Source: Callorhinchus milii
Lineage: Eukaryota
NCBI RefSeq assembly: GCF_018977255.1
Contig: NW_024704743.1
Coordinates: forward strand, 91,638,001 to 91,702,000
Reading direction: 5' to 3'
Length of the DNA: 64,000 nt
Made by a program: the position numbers and the translations under genes. Every line of letters starts with the position of its first letter. Within the stretch, counting starts at the first letter, position 1. The notes under the pieces are model-generated. The model was not told where the DNA came from. It saw nothing but the letters and a program-made list of their open reading frames with translations, and did not search any database. Positions 26,574 to 37,825 of the stretch are shown here, in pieces.

Positions 26574-27496
26574 TAAACCGAGGCCCTCCTGATTGGCTCA
26601 CGTCAGCGCCTCCGCACCTCAGGCGCTGACACCATCAGCATCCAAGGCTGCACTCTCCACCTCTCAAAGCCAGTCAGGAACCTCGGCGTTTTGTTCGACC
26701 CTGAGCTGTCCTTTCTCCCTCACATCCGCACCACAACTGGCACCGCCTTCCATCACCTCCGGAATATCGCCAGATTACGGCACTACCTCACCCCTCACGC
26801 TGCTGAAACCCTGGTTCACGCCTTTGTCACCTCAAGGCTGGACTATGGGAACTCTCTCCTCGCCGGCCTTCCCGGCACCTCCCTCCACAAGCTGCAGGTC
26901 ATTCAGAACTCTGCAGCTCGTGTACTGTCCCGCACCAGGCTTCGCGACCACATCACTCCCACCCTCGCTCGCCTCCACTGGCTCCCCATCCCCCAGAGGA
27001 TTGATTTCAAGATCCTCATCCTCACCTACAAGGCCATTCACGGCCTCGCTCCCTCCTACCTCTCCAACCTACTATCCCCCTACCTACCTGCCCGTAACCT
27101 CCGTTCCTCTGGCTCCGGTCTGCTCCAACTCCCCCGCCCCAACCGCCCTACTATCGGTGGTCGGGCCTTCAGCCTCTCAGCCCCGAGGCTCTGGAACTCC
27201 ATCCCCCAGTGCCTTCGCCTTGCTTCCTCCCTTTCCTCCTTCAAGGCCGGTCTCAAAACCTTTCTCTTTGACCGTGCCTTCAGCTCCCCTCTCGACTCTC
27301 TTCCTCCTCCTCGCTCCCTCCCTTCCCTCCCCTCACCCTGACCATTTCCCCCCTCCTCTCTCCCTCCCTTCCCTCCCCTCACCCTGACCATTTCCCCCCT
27401 GCTCGGGTCATGACCCAACTGTGCAGCGCCTTGGGACGTCCTCCTGACGTGAAAGGCGCTCTATAAATGGAATCTTGTTGTTGTTGTTGTTGTTGT
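26574..27496 (+). mobile_element. L2 LINE, 5'-truncated and young; uninterrupted ORF2 C-terminus (ORF 26691-27341) plus 3' UTR and (ttg)n tail
   Basis: Translation has L2 ORF2 C-terminal motifs: HLRNIARLR, LVHAFVTSRLDYGNSLL, LQVIQNSAAR, HITPTLARLHWLP, FKILILTYKA, GGRAFS, LWNSIP, FKAGLKTFLF. Confidence 0.95.
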
Positions 27497-29342
27497 CTTC
27501 ACACTGCAAATACTGGTGTAATACTGTCAGCGGGTATCAGACCAGTAGTTGCAGTGTGAAGGCAGGAGAAGATAAAGGACTTGGAGTGAGCAAGTAACAA
27601 TTGGAATAACCCTGGAGTACATCCAGAGGGCTCAGCAGGAAGGTGGTGCTTCTATCACTGTAGAGTGGTGGAATGCACCCCACGCCCCCACCCCCAACTC
27701 ACACTCATGACAAATGCATGAAAGCTTGGTTTACAAGTCTCTAACCTAGGTCAGTTCCTGAGGAGTGCTGGAAGAACATTAAAATCCTGAACTTGCAGCA
27801 CAGGATGGACCATTTGGTCAATTGAATCATTGCTCGTGCCTCCTTCACCACTGCAGTAAACTGCTCTAATCCCAATTGTATGTTCCTTTCCCATATCCTT
27901 TTATTGTGTTCCAAATATTTATCTAGTTCACTTTTAATTCTTATGGTCCCAGCCTCAATTGACAAGTGCAATAAAGCAATATGAGGTCGGAATTCCTGAG
28001 CTGGTTGTTGACAGAGTTAAAGACAGTTTACAGTTTTTTTTCATGTCAATTCATTTGCACTCAAATATTCCAGGAGAGGCGGATTTCCTCCTTGGAACTG
28101 CCCAGCAAGTAGAAAGCAATTATTGCCTGGCAAATAAAAGGTCATCTGACAACCCAGTCAACAAGATTAACAAGATAATGTCACTCAGCAACCATGCAGT
28201 AGGAAAGAGCTATCCAAGACTGGGGATAGAATCACTCAACCTGACCAGAGGCCAACACATTACAGCATTTGAATCTGGACATGTTCTGCTGCCTTCAGAA
28301 GCATTGTTAGCTCTCAACAAATCTACTTTACACTGGTGTTTTGCTTCACAGGAATATATCAGCACATCAATCTCCTGCACAGTAACTCCGAACAGTATAC
28401 AACAGTTTGAAAAATGCATATACTGATCATTGGTTCAAAAATACTTTATTACACATCCATTTTGATTTACTAAAGACAAAACTTTTAGGGAAACATTGGT
28501 GAAATGTACAGAAGATGGTATTTACAAAGATTTATAAAGACTGGTCAGCACGGAAACAGGCCATTTGGCCCAACCAGTCAGTACTGGTGTTTATATTCCA
28601 TATGAGTCTCCACCAACTCCTTACTCCATCCCATATCCTTCCAGGGTGTCATTACCTCTAGGAGTCTGAATAGATATATAGAACAGGCATATATATCATA
28701 TACAGTATCTATCAAAATCTTTTCTTTATTAGGACATTGAATTTCAAAGATTAGTTGGCTAAATATAAGTAAAAAGTAAATAATGCCATACACGTCAATA
28801 ACAAAGTGTAGCCTAGTGTACAAATGGTATACAATTACACAGAAATATAAACCTTTGCCCAAAATGTGTGTAAATATTTTTAAAAATGGAAACAAGATAA
28901 AAATAACAACTGATACCAAATATTCGTGTGTTTTTCAAGTCATTGAACTATGAACCCAGTTGTCTTTTGTCTGGACTGTAAAGTTCTATGGTTCAGTTAT
29001 GCTTTTGTTTAAAGATCTACACACATACGATGGGCGGAATAGTTTTCTTCTGGGCTGTAAATTTCTATACTTCTATGGTTTTACGATTGAAGTCATCTAC
29101 AATCCACCTGGAAACAGGGGGCAGTGACAGCTCAGCATTGAGTCACAATAATCTGAATTTGGTCTCCCACACACACACCATCCCAAAAACTAACTGGGGT
29201 ACTGTAATTCTTTTCATTGGTTGTTGATTACGAAATTAAGTGCTGCTGCTCATGCATTTGAAAAAAATCGATCACTTCAATCCACGAATGTTGTGGAACA
29301 CTGGTGTGCGTAATTGTCTGCCGAATTTTACCCACAAAATAT

Positions 29343-30710
29343 AACAACAAGATTACATATGTATAGTGCCTTTCACATTGGGAGGACGTCCCAAGGCTCT
29401 GGACAGTGTACAGCATTTCAGACCCGAACTGGGGTTAAGGGGGAGAAGGGAGGTGAGAGGAAGGGGGGTGACCATGGTCATGGTCGAAGAGGAGGGTTTG
29501 TGGATGATGTCACCAAGTGGGAGCATGAAGATATTAAAGAGGAGAGGGCCAAGGCCAGAGCCCTGGGGGACGCCAGACGTGACTGGAGGAGAAACCGTTG
29601 GAGGTAACACCGTGGAAACGGTGAGAGTGATAGGAATTGAACCAGGCAAGGGCAGGTCCGCGAAGGTTAAATAAGGAAGAGAGGAGGTGTATGAGGATGG
29701 AGTGGTCAACAGTGTAAAAGGTGGCAGAGAGGTCCAGGAGGACAAGGAGGCAGAGGGAGCCCTGATCACAGATGTTCAGCTCTCCTACCTCTCCGACCTA
29801 CTATCTCCCTACTTACCTGCCCGTACTCTCCATTCCTCTGGCTCCGGTCTGCTCCACATCCCCCGCCCTAACCGCCCTACCATCGGTGGCCAGGCCTTCA
29901 GCCTCTCAGCCCCTAGGCTCTTGAACTCCATCCCCCAGTGCCTTCGCCTTGCTTCCTCCCTTTCCTCCTTCAAGGCCGGTCTTAAGACCTTTCTCTTCGA
30001 CCATGCCTTCAGCTCCCCTCTCGACTCTCTACCCCCTCCTCGCTCCATCCCTTCCCTCCCCTCACCCTGACCATTTCCCCTCTGCTCGAGTCCCGACCCA
30101 ACTGTCCAGCGCCTTGGGACGTCCTCCCGACGTGAAAGGCACTCTATAAATGAAACCTTGTTGTTGTTCAGGATGTCATTAGTGACTTTGACCAGGGCTG
30201 TTTCCGTGCTGTGGGCAGTGCGGGAGCTGGATTGGAGGGGTTCAAAGAGGGAATGGCGAGAGAAAAAGGAGCGGAGCTGCGACGCGACGACTCGTTCCAG
30301 GACCTTGGAGAGGAATGGGTCATTAGAGATGGGGCGGTAGCTAGAGAGTAGGGATGGGTCCAGGGAAGGTTTTTTCAGGATGGGGGTGATGATGGCTGCT
30401 TTTACGGGGGTTGGAACTGAACCGGTTGACAAAAAGAGGTTGATGACGTTGGACAGGAGAGGGGTTAGAAGGTGAAGCTGGGAGATGAGGAGGGAGGTGG
30501 GGATGGGATCAAGGGAGCAGGTAGTGGGTTTGAGTTTGCTGACAATTGCAGAGAGGGAGGAGGGAGAGATAGAGTCGAAGGAGTATACGGGGGGTGGGTG
30601 GGGTGTAGGTCATGAGGGAGAGGTGATGTGGGGGTGGCTGTGGACGGGGCAGAGGTGACTGAACATAACCCCTCGGTTTTGGTTTCGAGGAAATCCAGCA
30701 TCTCCTCACA
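29343..30710 (-). mobile_element. L2 LINE with internal deletions, split by a nested L2 insertion
   Basis: Minus-strand ORF2 pieces: KAAIITPILKKPSLDP..YRPISN..SKVLERVV..HSTETALVKVTNDIL (right of insert) and [25 protein letters not shown] (left); tail at 29343-29400. Confidence 0.9.
29780..30168 (+). mobile_element. L2 LINE 3' fragment nested in the opposite-strand L2
   Basis: Closely matches 27050-27490; flanked by tgttcag at 29773-29779 and 30165-30171. Confidence 0.92.
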
Positions 30711-31174
30711 GTTGGAGTCAATTCACTTTATATTCTCAAAGACTTGATAATACGCTATATCAAATGCAAAGATTACTATTCTTATTACACATGATTTGCC
30801 CAACATGTGTATACTAGATCCCAGTGACAATATATTTAAAAAATAGCTTTTGCCACACAATCAATATGGGCACATCTGTCCACAAATGGCCATTCTCTTC
30901 ATATTAATGAAAATAAAACAATGAGGATCTTCAAAACCTGAGTGTTATACTGCATTGTGAGTAAAGCCCCAATGGCTGATAGAATATCGCAAAATGTACA
31001 AGTACAATAGGAATACATTGGTCTGGGAGAATAAAGGTTCAAATGCACTCTCGGTCCTGTGTGAACCACTTATTTTATTACTGAGCTTGAGCGAGTGATT
31101 GGAATGAAAGAGAAATAGAGAAGAAAGGTTTGAGCAGGAATGGGCAATCATTTTGAATAAATGATATTTAATAT

Positions 31175-31460
31175 CGAAACCTTGGGCAAGCTTCCTTACT
31201 CCACGCGCCTAATAATAATCCCTCCAAAACAAAACATTTGGTCATTTTCAATCCACGACTGGTTGTGGGACACTGCTGTGCACAATTGGCTGCCGCGTTT
31301 CGCTGACAAATATACAATCAATTCACTTTACAGTCTATTCTGTGAAGCGCTTTGTGAGATGTCGAGAAGACGTAAAAAGTTCTATATCAAATGCAAGGAT
31401 TATTATTATTATAATTATTATAATTATACTTATTATAATTATACTTATTATTATAATAAG
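31175..31460 (+). mobile_element. tRNA-derived SINE, short variant, head lost, with expanded AT-rich tail
   Basis: cgaaaccttgggcaagcttccttactccacgcgcctaataataatccctcc...; tail of tat/aat repeats at 31398-31460. Confidence 0.88.
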
Positions 31461-31584
31461 TGAAGAGAAAATGCCCAGAAATTACATTATTCCTAAACAC
31501 CTCCCATTCAGCGTTTTAGTAATGAAGTTGAAATAACCCCCTACCTGCTGAATAATAATGGTTCCCAACTCCATCTGAATGATA

Positions 31585-31960
31585 CACAATACTACAATGT
31601 ATATGGATATAATGCCTGTCATGACAGGAGGATGTCTCAAAGTTTTTCACAGTGCATAATGGGCACCCAAACTGAGATGAGGGGGCAGAAAAGAGATGAG
31701 ATGAGAAAAGGAGGGAATGAGTTGTAGGCATTCTGGAATGGATAGTCCAGGGAACGGGGGCAGAATGGATGAAAGGCAGATAGGGCAAGGATATGAAGCA
31801 GGCTGGTGCTCACTAAGTGAAGGGAGCAGCCTGGTCAGCAGGGTTGAGGGAGGTCACAGGGGTAGGGAGGGGCAAGACTGGAGGGATTTAAAGGTGAGAA
31901 CGAGGATCTTGAACATGGTGAGCCAATGGAGCTGAACAAGGATGGAGGTGATAGATTCCT
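31585..31960 (-). mobile_element. L2 LINE 3' fragment, old
   Basis: gtgagaacgaggatcttgaac (minus strand reads FKILVLT), agccaatggagctg (LHWL) and a degraded tail near 31600-31650. Confidence 0.7.
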
Positions 31961-32621
31961 GGAGCCTGGTGATGATTAGACCTCAACCCCTGAAGAGCAC
32001 TGGGTTGCTCCATCAGTAATTGAATTCCAGTTTAGCATAGGTCATGCTCAAGTCCCAGAACTGGCCACCCTGACCTTACTCATGGGATCGTGGCAGCCAC
32101 CAACTCTGTGGCAATATTGAAATCAGAAAAAATAACCTTTAATATAAACAGTGTCCAAATTAACATTTTCATAAAATTAATTGACATGATGTAAATTTTG
32201 CCTGAGCATGTTTTTAAAGATAAGGATACTTTGTAGGAAACTGCTCTTCTGCATCTAGCAGCTGATGTCACACACCCCGAAACTATCTCACTGCTGTCAG
32301 AATCTGTTAGCTGATGGGTCTCATGCTCTTCTGTAAGTCTCAGAGATGACGAGAATCAGCCATAAATTGATCTAATTAATGACAGGGTTGAGGTAGCAAG
32401 CCTTGTGCATTAGTATGAATAACACACGCTTTAATAATGTCTTCATTATGTAAGACTTAAATAACACCTCTTTATGCGTTAGCATTGGTATAAAATATTA
32501 AATAGAAAATCTGGTGCATCACGGACCATGAGAAAACCACTTATGTGTATAGTAAGAGAGAAAGTCATCCCAGGTCTAGCTTATTTCTATCTATGTAGCA
32601 TTTCATACTAATATGGACTGT

Positions 32622-32963
32622 GGAGACCTGTAGCTCAGTGGTTAGAGCACTCGCTTTGCAAGCGAGAGACCTGAGTTCAATTCCAGGCAGAGGGCGAAAC
32701 CTTGGGCAAGTTTCCTTACTCCACACGCCTAATAATAATCCCTCCAAAAACCCAAAACAATAATAAATTGGTCATTTTCAATCTACGACTGTTTGTGGGA
32801 CATTGCTGTGCGCAATTGGCTGCCGCGTTCGCCCACAAATATACAGTCAATTCACTTTACAGTGTGTTCTGTGAAGCGCTTTGGGACGTCCTCCCGACGT
32901 GAAAAGCGCTATATCAAATGCAAGGATTATTATTATTATTATAATAATAATAATAATAATTAT
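32622..32963 (+). mobile_element. tRNA-derived SINE, short variant, full length and young (SINE2-1_CM-like)
   Basis: Pol III A box (tagctcagtgg) and B box (gagttcaattcc), CORE-like ccttgggcaagtt, L2-type hairpin 32875-32910, (tta)/(taa)n tail. Confidence 0.93.
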
Positions 32964-33959
32964 TCAGAATATCCATAATTTGGCAAATTCTTCAATCCAG
33001 CCTTAATTTTGAAATTGCTTTTATGTAGTTCTTAAAATAATTTATAGGAAAACAGCAACAAAATTAAGTCTGTATTTAAGTATTTGCAAATTCTGGATAT
33101 CCTGAAATGCTACATTGGCTCAGAAAGATACAATATCAAATGTAATTTTGTAATCATTACTATTATTACACAAAAGAATAAATCTAGACCCAGGTGGAAT
33201 TTCTACCAAAGAACATTACAGCATAGAAACTGGCTACTTGGCCCATCAAGGCTCCACATATTAGCCACCTGGTCATATCTGTCTCTCCTGCTTGATTCCG
33301 TAGCCTCTAATATCCTTATTTTTCAAGCAATCATCTTATTCATTTTAAAATATAATCAACAAACTCCAACTGATCTATGGTAGTGTCAGAGAATATCATA
33401 TTCCAACCGCCCCCTGCGTAAAATTTGTTCTAAACTCCCCTCTTATTCATTTTGTGATTACCTTAAAATTGTGTCCTCTCAATACTGACTTGCCGATCAG
33501 TGGAAATATTTATTACTGTTTCTCCAATTGCTATTTCACCAGTTCAACTAGTATTCATCCAGCTGCACTGAATATTAGAAACCTGCTCAGCTTGCAATTC
33601 CCTTAAACACAAAATCGTAGGTGAAAATGTAATAATTCAAGTCAAATTAATCCCTCACGGTTGCTTAGTCTTTGTAAATTGTATGGATGCTTCTCTAGAG
33701 CTCCAGCATTTTAATCTCCAAATCTGTTAGCTTTATGCCCATCTGCTGTTGCAGCTGTTTTAATTTTTGGCATTATACAAGTGGTTTGAATATATTTGAC
33801 TTGGCTGTGATGGGATTTTATAAATATGTAATGCAAGAATTTAGTGGAGATAAAAACCTAATTGAAAAATAATCTGCCTGTCTGACAGTAAAGCTTTCGT
33901 ATCCCTTACAGCTGATCAATAGAGGTTCAATTTAAAAAAAAGAGGGATAGGATGTCAGA

Positions 33960-34110
33960 GTGTGTTACAATACTGTGCTGTCACTCCAGGGATCTGGGTT
34001 CAAAAGCAAGACAAAATGAAACTTTCCATTTTCTGATGGCTATTTAGTCTTTAATGGAATCTATTTGAGACTTAATCCAGCTCCTGCTCTCCTAGCTCTG
34101 GAAAACATAG
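33960..34110 (+). mobile_element. Possible LF-SINE-like fragment, highly diverged
   Basis: tcactccagggatctgggttcaaa...atgaaactttccattttctgatggcta...atccagctcct resembles the LF-SINE 5' region as I recall it. Confidence 0.35.
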
Positions 34111-35295
34111 TACCCCAACAACCTTCCTTGTTACTTTATTTATGGCGAAACCCAAGGCCACAATCCAGATCAGTACAATCATGATGAGTGCATTGTTTTG
34201 CTTGTTCTGTGGGCATTTCCTTTAACAATAGTCAGTCACAAACAAACACATAAGGTTCAGCCTGACTCAGTCGGTAGAACTGTCTCCTCTGAATCTGAAG
34301 GTTGTGGATTCAAATCCCACGTCAGGACTTTGAGCTCACAATACAACTCTCGACTCTCCAATACAATGCTTTGGCTGTTCTCTATTATTATAATAAAAAT
34401 AATCTTTGCATTTGATATAGCATTTTATCAACTTGTCGAGATGCCTCAAAGTACTTCACAGGATTTTACCATAAAGTGTAGTGACTCTGTATTTGTAGGT
34501 AAAAGTGGCAGTCAGTTTGCACACAGCAATGTCCCAAATACAGTCATGAAGTGAGTGACCAATTTTATTAGGGGACTTGTTGGCCAGGACACAGATAATT
34601 ATCACCTAAAATGCAGTCAAAAGCAGAAATACCTAACAATGACCTTACTGTAACTATTGATCAATTGAATATTATTATTGGTGATAATATCACACACTGC
34701 AATTTGGACTCCAATTAGCATGCAATGGGATTAAATGGGGGCTAATGGGATTAAAATGAACCCACGTTTTCTGTCATACATGTAAATTAAGAATAAAGTG
34801 CAGGAAGCGAAAATACTAACTGGTTAGCGCTGTTTTCAAGTGAACTGTCAGGCAATATCAAAAAAGATTCTGCATTGTAACTAAACCTTGCCATAGCTGA
34901 CATGAACATGTTTGACACCATAGTGAGAATAATCCTTTTGTAGCACTGCCCTACAGTACAATGATGCTCACACGTCACATGTGTGGCAGTTATTTTACAC
35001 TGATCCCTAAAAAGAGCAATTTTTTGGCTACATCCTTATAATGGAAAAAGACTTAGCAAAACAATCAGTGGAGATTTTGGAAAACGTGCATACAGAACAC
35101 AAGCTACTCACACGCTCCACCCACCCTCCATCTCCAAACACTACATTGTGACAAAAAATTCTTTAAAATGCATGCACACGAGTAAAAGATAATGATCCAT
35201 CCAAAATGTCCTTGAAAACACTACCTTAAAATGCGTTTCTTCTATAGAACGTAGGATTGAAAAAAGGACTCAGCGGGTAAATGTCAGGGGAACTA

Positions 35296-35575
35296 ATAAT
35301 AGTAATAACAATAATCCTTGCAGTTGGCATAGGGCCTTTCACATCTGGGGGTCATCTCAAAGTGCTTTACAAGATTTACTATAAAGTGCGATGACTGTAT
35401 TTTTTACGCAAAGGTGGCAGCCAATTTGCACAAAGCAATGTTTCACAAAGCCATAAGGTGAAGGACCAATTTCATTTGGGGGATTGATTCTCATTTTGAA
35501 TAGTGCTACAGGATCCTTAATGTCCACCTGAACAGGTTGGCGGGACCTTGGTTTAATATCCCATCTCAAGGATTT
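35296..35575 (-). mobile_element. Deu-domain SINE 3' portion
   Basis: aatagtgctacaggatccttaatgtccacctgaacagg...ccttggtttaatatcccatctcaagga plus tail. Confidence 0.75.
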
Positions 35576-35692
35576 ATGTAGGTGGAACCTGCTGAAGGTG
35601 AACTGGGTTTCTGGCATTCCTTTAGACTTTTTTTCCAATGCGCTCTTTATCAATGCAATTTCCTGTAATTAACACTTGCTTTACTGGTCTTT

Positions 35693-37252
35693 ACTCACAG
35701 ACATTATAAACCTCTCCCTGTCCACTGGTACTGTTCCCACCCCATTAAAAACCGCCGTCATCACTCCTAACCTTAAAAAACCCTCCCTGGACCAATCTCT
35801 ACACCCAAACTACCGCCCCGTCTCCAATCTCCCCTTTCCTCTCCAAGGTCCTGGAATGAATTGTTGCTTCCCAGCTTTGCGCTCTCCTCTCCTGCCACTC
35901 CCTCCAATCCGGTTTCCGTGCCGCCCACAGCACAGAAACAGCCCTGGTCAAAGTGAAAAATTACATTCTTTCCATCTGCAACCAGGGCTCCCTCTGTCTC
36001 CTCGTACTACTTGACCTCTCTAATGCCTTCGACACTGCCGACCACTCTATCCTCATCCATCACCTCTCCTCTCACCTCAACCTTCACGGCTCTGTCCTTG
36101 ACTGGTTTAGATTGTACCTCTCACACCGTCTCCACTTCATCTCCACAAATGGTTTCTCCTCTAGCCCCCACACCATCTCATGCGGCGTTCCAGGACTCTG
36201 TCCTTGGTCCCTTCCTCTTCAATATCTATATGCTGCCTCTTGGTGACATCATCCGCAGGCATGGGATCAACTTCCACATGTATGCAGATGACACCCAACT
36301 CTACCTCTCTGCCTCCACCCTTGACTCTAGAATCACTGCTGTACCGACAGAATGTCTGTCAGACATCAAGTCCTGGATGGGAGCGAACTTTCTTCAGTTG
36401 AACATCAACAAGACCGAGGCCTTTCTGATTGGCTCCCGTCAGCACCTCATCACCTCACCATCACCATCCATGGTTGCACACTCCACCTTGCTAAGCCAGT
36501 CTGGAACCTTGCATCTTGTTTGAACCTCAACTAACCTTTCTTCACCACATCTGCACCATGACCCGCTCTGCCATCCCCCACCTCTGCAACATCGCCCCGC
36601 TCCGCCACTGTCTCACACCACAGGCCGCCAAAATCCTCTTACACGCTTTCATTACATTGAGGCTCGACTATGCAAACTCATTGCTTGTCGGCCTCCCCAA
36701 ATCCTCCCTCCATAGACTGCAGATCATCCAGAACTCTACAGCCTGAGTCCTCTCCCGTACCAGGCTCCACAACCCTATCACTCCTATCCTCGCCCGACTC
36801 CACTGGCTTTCCATCACACAGAGGATACAGTTCAAGATCCTGGGCCTCATCTTCAAAGCCCTCCATGGTCTTGCTGCCCCCTATCTCTACAACCTTCTAA
36901 CCCCTTATCATCCTGCTCGCTTCCTCCACTCAGCGGGCTCCAGCCTGCTTCCTATCACTCACCTCACTCGCCCCACTATTGGCGGGCAGGCCTTCTGCCA
37001 CTCTGTCCCCACCCTCTGGAACCTCATCCCTTAGTTCCTCCGCCTCGCCCCCTCCCTTATCTCCTTGAGGGCCCATCTCAAGACCCTCCTCTTCAACTGT
37101 GCTTTCGATCTCCCTGCTTCCACACCCCTGCCCTGCACACTCCTTGACCCCGTCCCCCAGCTTGGGTCCGAAACTCTGTCTGTAAAGGCACTTTGGGATG
37201 TCCTCCCAATGTGAAAGGCCCTATACAAATGTAATTTTGTTGTTGTTGTTGT
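35693..37252 (+). mobile_element. L2 LINE ORF2 reverse transcriptase region to 3' tail, frameshifted and inactive
   Basis: Motifs across frames: [80 protein letters not shown]; (ttg)n tail. Confidence 0.95.
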
Positions 37253-37825
37253 TAGTGATCAAATATGGGTCATGTACACAGCTATTTCTAATGGGATTTA
37301 TTTAAATAGTCCAAGTAGGGACTTCTGGCAATTAGAATTATGCAACAGACTTTACTCCACCCAGTCACAACCCCACTCTGGACGTCAACGGCAGGTGTTT
37401 CCACGGCTCAGTTTGACATGCCTATAATTTCCTCATTAAAAAATTCCGTCAAAAATGACTGCACATTAGACTTCAATAAATTCCTCCAGCTATATTAACA
37501 CATATGAAGCAAATCAAAAGGCATCTGTCATTGAACTCAACCCCTTGGACACATTTACCAAGCAGCTGATAAGTGTGCTTCAGGAGACGTAAATCCTTCG
37601 CCAGTTTCCCTGTGATTGACACATGCACTGTTCTACTGCGAGGCACTGAGCTAAAATATCTGATAAATGCAGTTGGTGCAGTCGTGCACCAGCAGAGCAT
37701 TGATCCACCCATCAGAGGGGTATGAATCTGAATCGGAATTGACTGCCATTGAAATGCACCTGTCCTGCTTGGAGAGGTTTCATTACCTCTTGGTCAGGCC
37801 ACTTACATAGTCACTGGTTGTTCTG

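Noticed and set aside
26593..27418. 264-aa Ser/Pro-rich ORF and antisense Gly/Arg-rich ORFs
   Set aside because: Alternative frames of the C-rich L2 copy; the meaningful frame is ORF2 at 26691-27341.
29809..30432. 207-aa ORF with RT-like N-terminus
   Set aside because: Chimera of host L2 ORF2 running into the antisense strand of the nested L2.
32622..32695. tRNA-like sequence as a tRNA gene
   Set aside because: It is the SINE head, continuous with the SINE body and repeated at 7223, 12987, 53735 and 58716.
32702..32902. Recurrent short ORF MGKFPYST...GHCCAQLAAAF as a gene family
   Set aside because: Every instance is a translation of SINE copies.
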